From the human T2T-CHM13v2.0 reference genome, Homo sapiens, in NCBI RefSeq assembly GCF_009914755.1, contig NC_060926.1: a stretch of DNA of 64,000 bases, one strand, 5' to 3'. The position numbers were made by a program, and so were the translations under genes. Shown here in pieces: positions 61,831-64,000 of this stretch. The notes under the pieces were generated by a model. It worked only from the letters and a program-made list of their open reading frames with translations. It ran no database searches and was not told the DNA's origin. Each line of letters opens with the position of its first letter. The first letter of the stretch is position 1.

Positions 61831-62132
61831 TTTTTTTTTTTTCTTTTTTGAGACGGAGTCTCGCTCTGTCGCCCAGGCTGGAGTGCAGTGGCGCCATCTC
61901 GGCTCACTGCAAGCTCCGCCCCCTGGAGTTCACGCCATTCTCCTGCCTCAGCCTCCAGAGTAGCTGGGACTACAGGCGCCTGCCACCACGCCCGGCTAAT
62001 TTTTTTGTATTTTTAGTAGAGACGGGGTTTCACCGTGTTAGCAAGGATGGTCTCGATTTCCTGACCTCGTGATCCGCCCATCTCGGCCTCCCGAAGTTCT
62101 GCGATAACAGGCGTGAGCCACCGCGCCTGCCC
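61831..62132 (-). mobile_element. AluY inserted in a MER5-type element (~61735-62235)
   Basis: Y diagnostics; TSD TCCAGCACYAGACA at 61817-61830 and 62133-62146. Confidence 0.96.
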
Positions 62133-62830
62133 TCCAGCACTAGACATTCTTACTCGATGGGGCTAGAGCTGAGTCTAGGAATCTACATTTCTAACAAGCT
62201 TCAGTGGTGATGCCCGGTGGGATTGAGAACCACTAAACTAGATCATGTGTACGGTTCCACGCAATTCAGGCATTCTATTACATTTTAAGTGTCTGTGTGC
62301 ATGTCCATTTAGTAAAAGCTCCCCAAATTTGATGAACAACCCTCAATCATTTTATCTGGCTAGGATCAGTCATGCCTGGCATTAGGCATTTCCATTTTTG
62401 CCCTGAGCAAATGCAGCTGTTGGAGGAAGCGCACGGCCCTGGGAGACAGGCGTGCTCATTCAGAGTGGGCGAACACATGCGCTTACTCATGGATGCAGCT
62501 CTCATTTGCCCTCGGGGAGACGGAAGCCTGCGTCAAGGAGCTCCAGCAAGCTGCCCGGATATGAGCCTGTCACTGGGGCCTTGTTGCGGATGACTGTGCC
62601 CTGGCCTGCGTGTGTCATGCCAGGTGAAGTCAGAGAGGGGACAATAAGTGTCCCCTGTACCCAGGGTTTGGCAATCTTGCTGCGACCGTCTCATGACCCA
62701 GCAGACTACAAACAACTTGCAGTGAAATGTAATAAAAGAGTCCAGAGGGAGTGGAGCATGATGTACACCCCAGCCCTACAGAAGTGACAGCCCAGCCCCT
62801 GCGGCTGCATCAGGCTCTAAACAGAGCAGG

Positions 62831-62848
62831 TGCTGCCACCTCCTGGCC
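62831..62848 (-). promoter_or_regulatory. Candidate CTCF site
   Basis: The minus strand reads GGCCAGGAGGTGGCAGCA, one mismatch to the core CCASYAGRKGGCRS. Motif match only. Confidence 0.45.
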
Positions 62849-62884
62849 CCACTCAGGCTGAGCCACCGCAGTCTCCAGATGCAT

Positions 62885-63060
62885 TTGGAATCTCAAATTG
62901 GGAATTCTGGAGATTCGGCCTCGAAAACACCCCAGAGACCATCTAACTCTTCCCACCCCATGTGCAGAAGAGGAAACTGAGCTCCCTCGATGTTGGCAGT
63001 TTTCCCCCACGTCCGACTGTGTGGCAGAGCCAGAGGCAAGCCCACCTGGTGCTCTTTTCC
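62885..63060 (-). mobile_element. MIR/MIR3 relic
   Basis: GAGACCATCTAACTC..GCAGAAGAGGAAACTGAG..GTGGCAGAGCCAG. Confidence 0.7.
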
Positions 63061-64000
63061 TAGTGCCTCACTGATCTCCTGCTGCTTTAAGCCAAACAGC
63101 TATGACCCAGTAATCCTGGCCAGAGCGGGAGCTGGGGTTTGTGGTGAGATCTGAGCAAGGAGAGAGGCTTGGCTGCTACTCGGTCCTGTGCCAGCTTGCC
63201 TCCTCCATGCCTAACCTTTGAAGATGAACCGAGACCCACCTTTGGAGATGAACAGAGACCCTGGTCAGGGAAGAACACTTGCCACTTCTCAGAGAGAAAG
63301 AAATGCTCCACGAATACATCACTTCAAATAGTAGTCTCCATAGCAGACAAGCATCACGTGGAAAAGAGACCCTACTTCCTTGAAACAAAACCACCTTGAG
63401 TGTGCAGATTCTTTGTTGCTGTTGTTCTTGAAAAGTCGTCTAGGACCATAGCAAACACCCCTGTAGCAGAAACCAGCAACCTGCAGAGATGGGGTGTGCC
63501 CAGCAGAGCTGTGTAGAATGTCAAGGCTTGGGGGTAAATGAAATTAAAAGAGGAAAAGGAGAAGGTAGAGAAGAGGAAAAAGCAAAAGAGGGAATAGAGA
63601 GAAGGAAGGACAGGATGGACAGATGAATGCACTGAGTACCAACCTGAGCCAAAGACTGCTAACCCTTGCTTCAATAAGTCTCTCATTCATCAAACATTTT
63701 TGGATGCCTACTCTGCCCAAGGCATCCTGCCTGTACCCAGAGTGGACACGACAAGTAATCTCTTACCCCTGCTTTCAAAGAATGTATCAGATAAAGCATG
63801 TGGAAAAGAAATCTTTCCAAGCCAGTGTGATATGAAGTAGAAGGTGATGGATGTTGTGAGAGGGAAGACTCCTGACTATGCAAATCCAGAGGAGGGGCAA
63901 AGAGGGGAGAAATCGAAGAAGGTGGTGTCATTTCATCAAGGCTCCAAAATCATGAGAAGAATGGGGGCATGCAAAGATGAAATGTAGGGCATTTCAAGCA

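Overview
This is primate (human-like) non-coding DNA, intergenic or deep-intronic. I found no protein-coding gene, RNA gene or CpG island that I can support, and the long ORFs in the track trace to Alu, L1 or simple-repeat sequence. Most of the window is interspersed repeat. It holds about 18 Alus (J, S and Y, many with readable target-site duplications), many MIR and L2 relics, and a degenerate ERVL-class provirus with protease/RT/RNase H remnants (~6.0-10.9 kb) that abuts a truncated Charlie2. It also holds solo LTRs (MLT2, MLT1, MST, LTR15-, LTR16- and LTR33-like), DNA transposon fossils (MER30, MER33, MER5, MER81, Tigger4) and an ~8 kb ancient L1M carrying nested Alus and a 1.9 kb L1PA3/4-like insert. 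Subfamily names come from recalled consensus motifs, not a RepeatMasker run, and boundaries without a TSD are approximate. I cannot demonstrate a new biological system. The signals the repeats do not explain are a near-perfect 119-bp hairpin (4556-4674), two + strand exon candidates with strong splice signals (1755-1885, 19438-19502), a strand-skewed GGGCA/GGACT pentamer array (~2585-2965), two short non-tandem duplications that look like templated insertions, and several motif-dense repeat-free islands that may be enhancers or a CTCF site.
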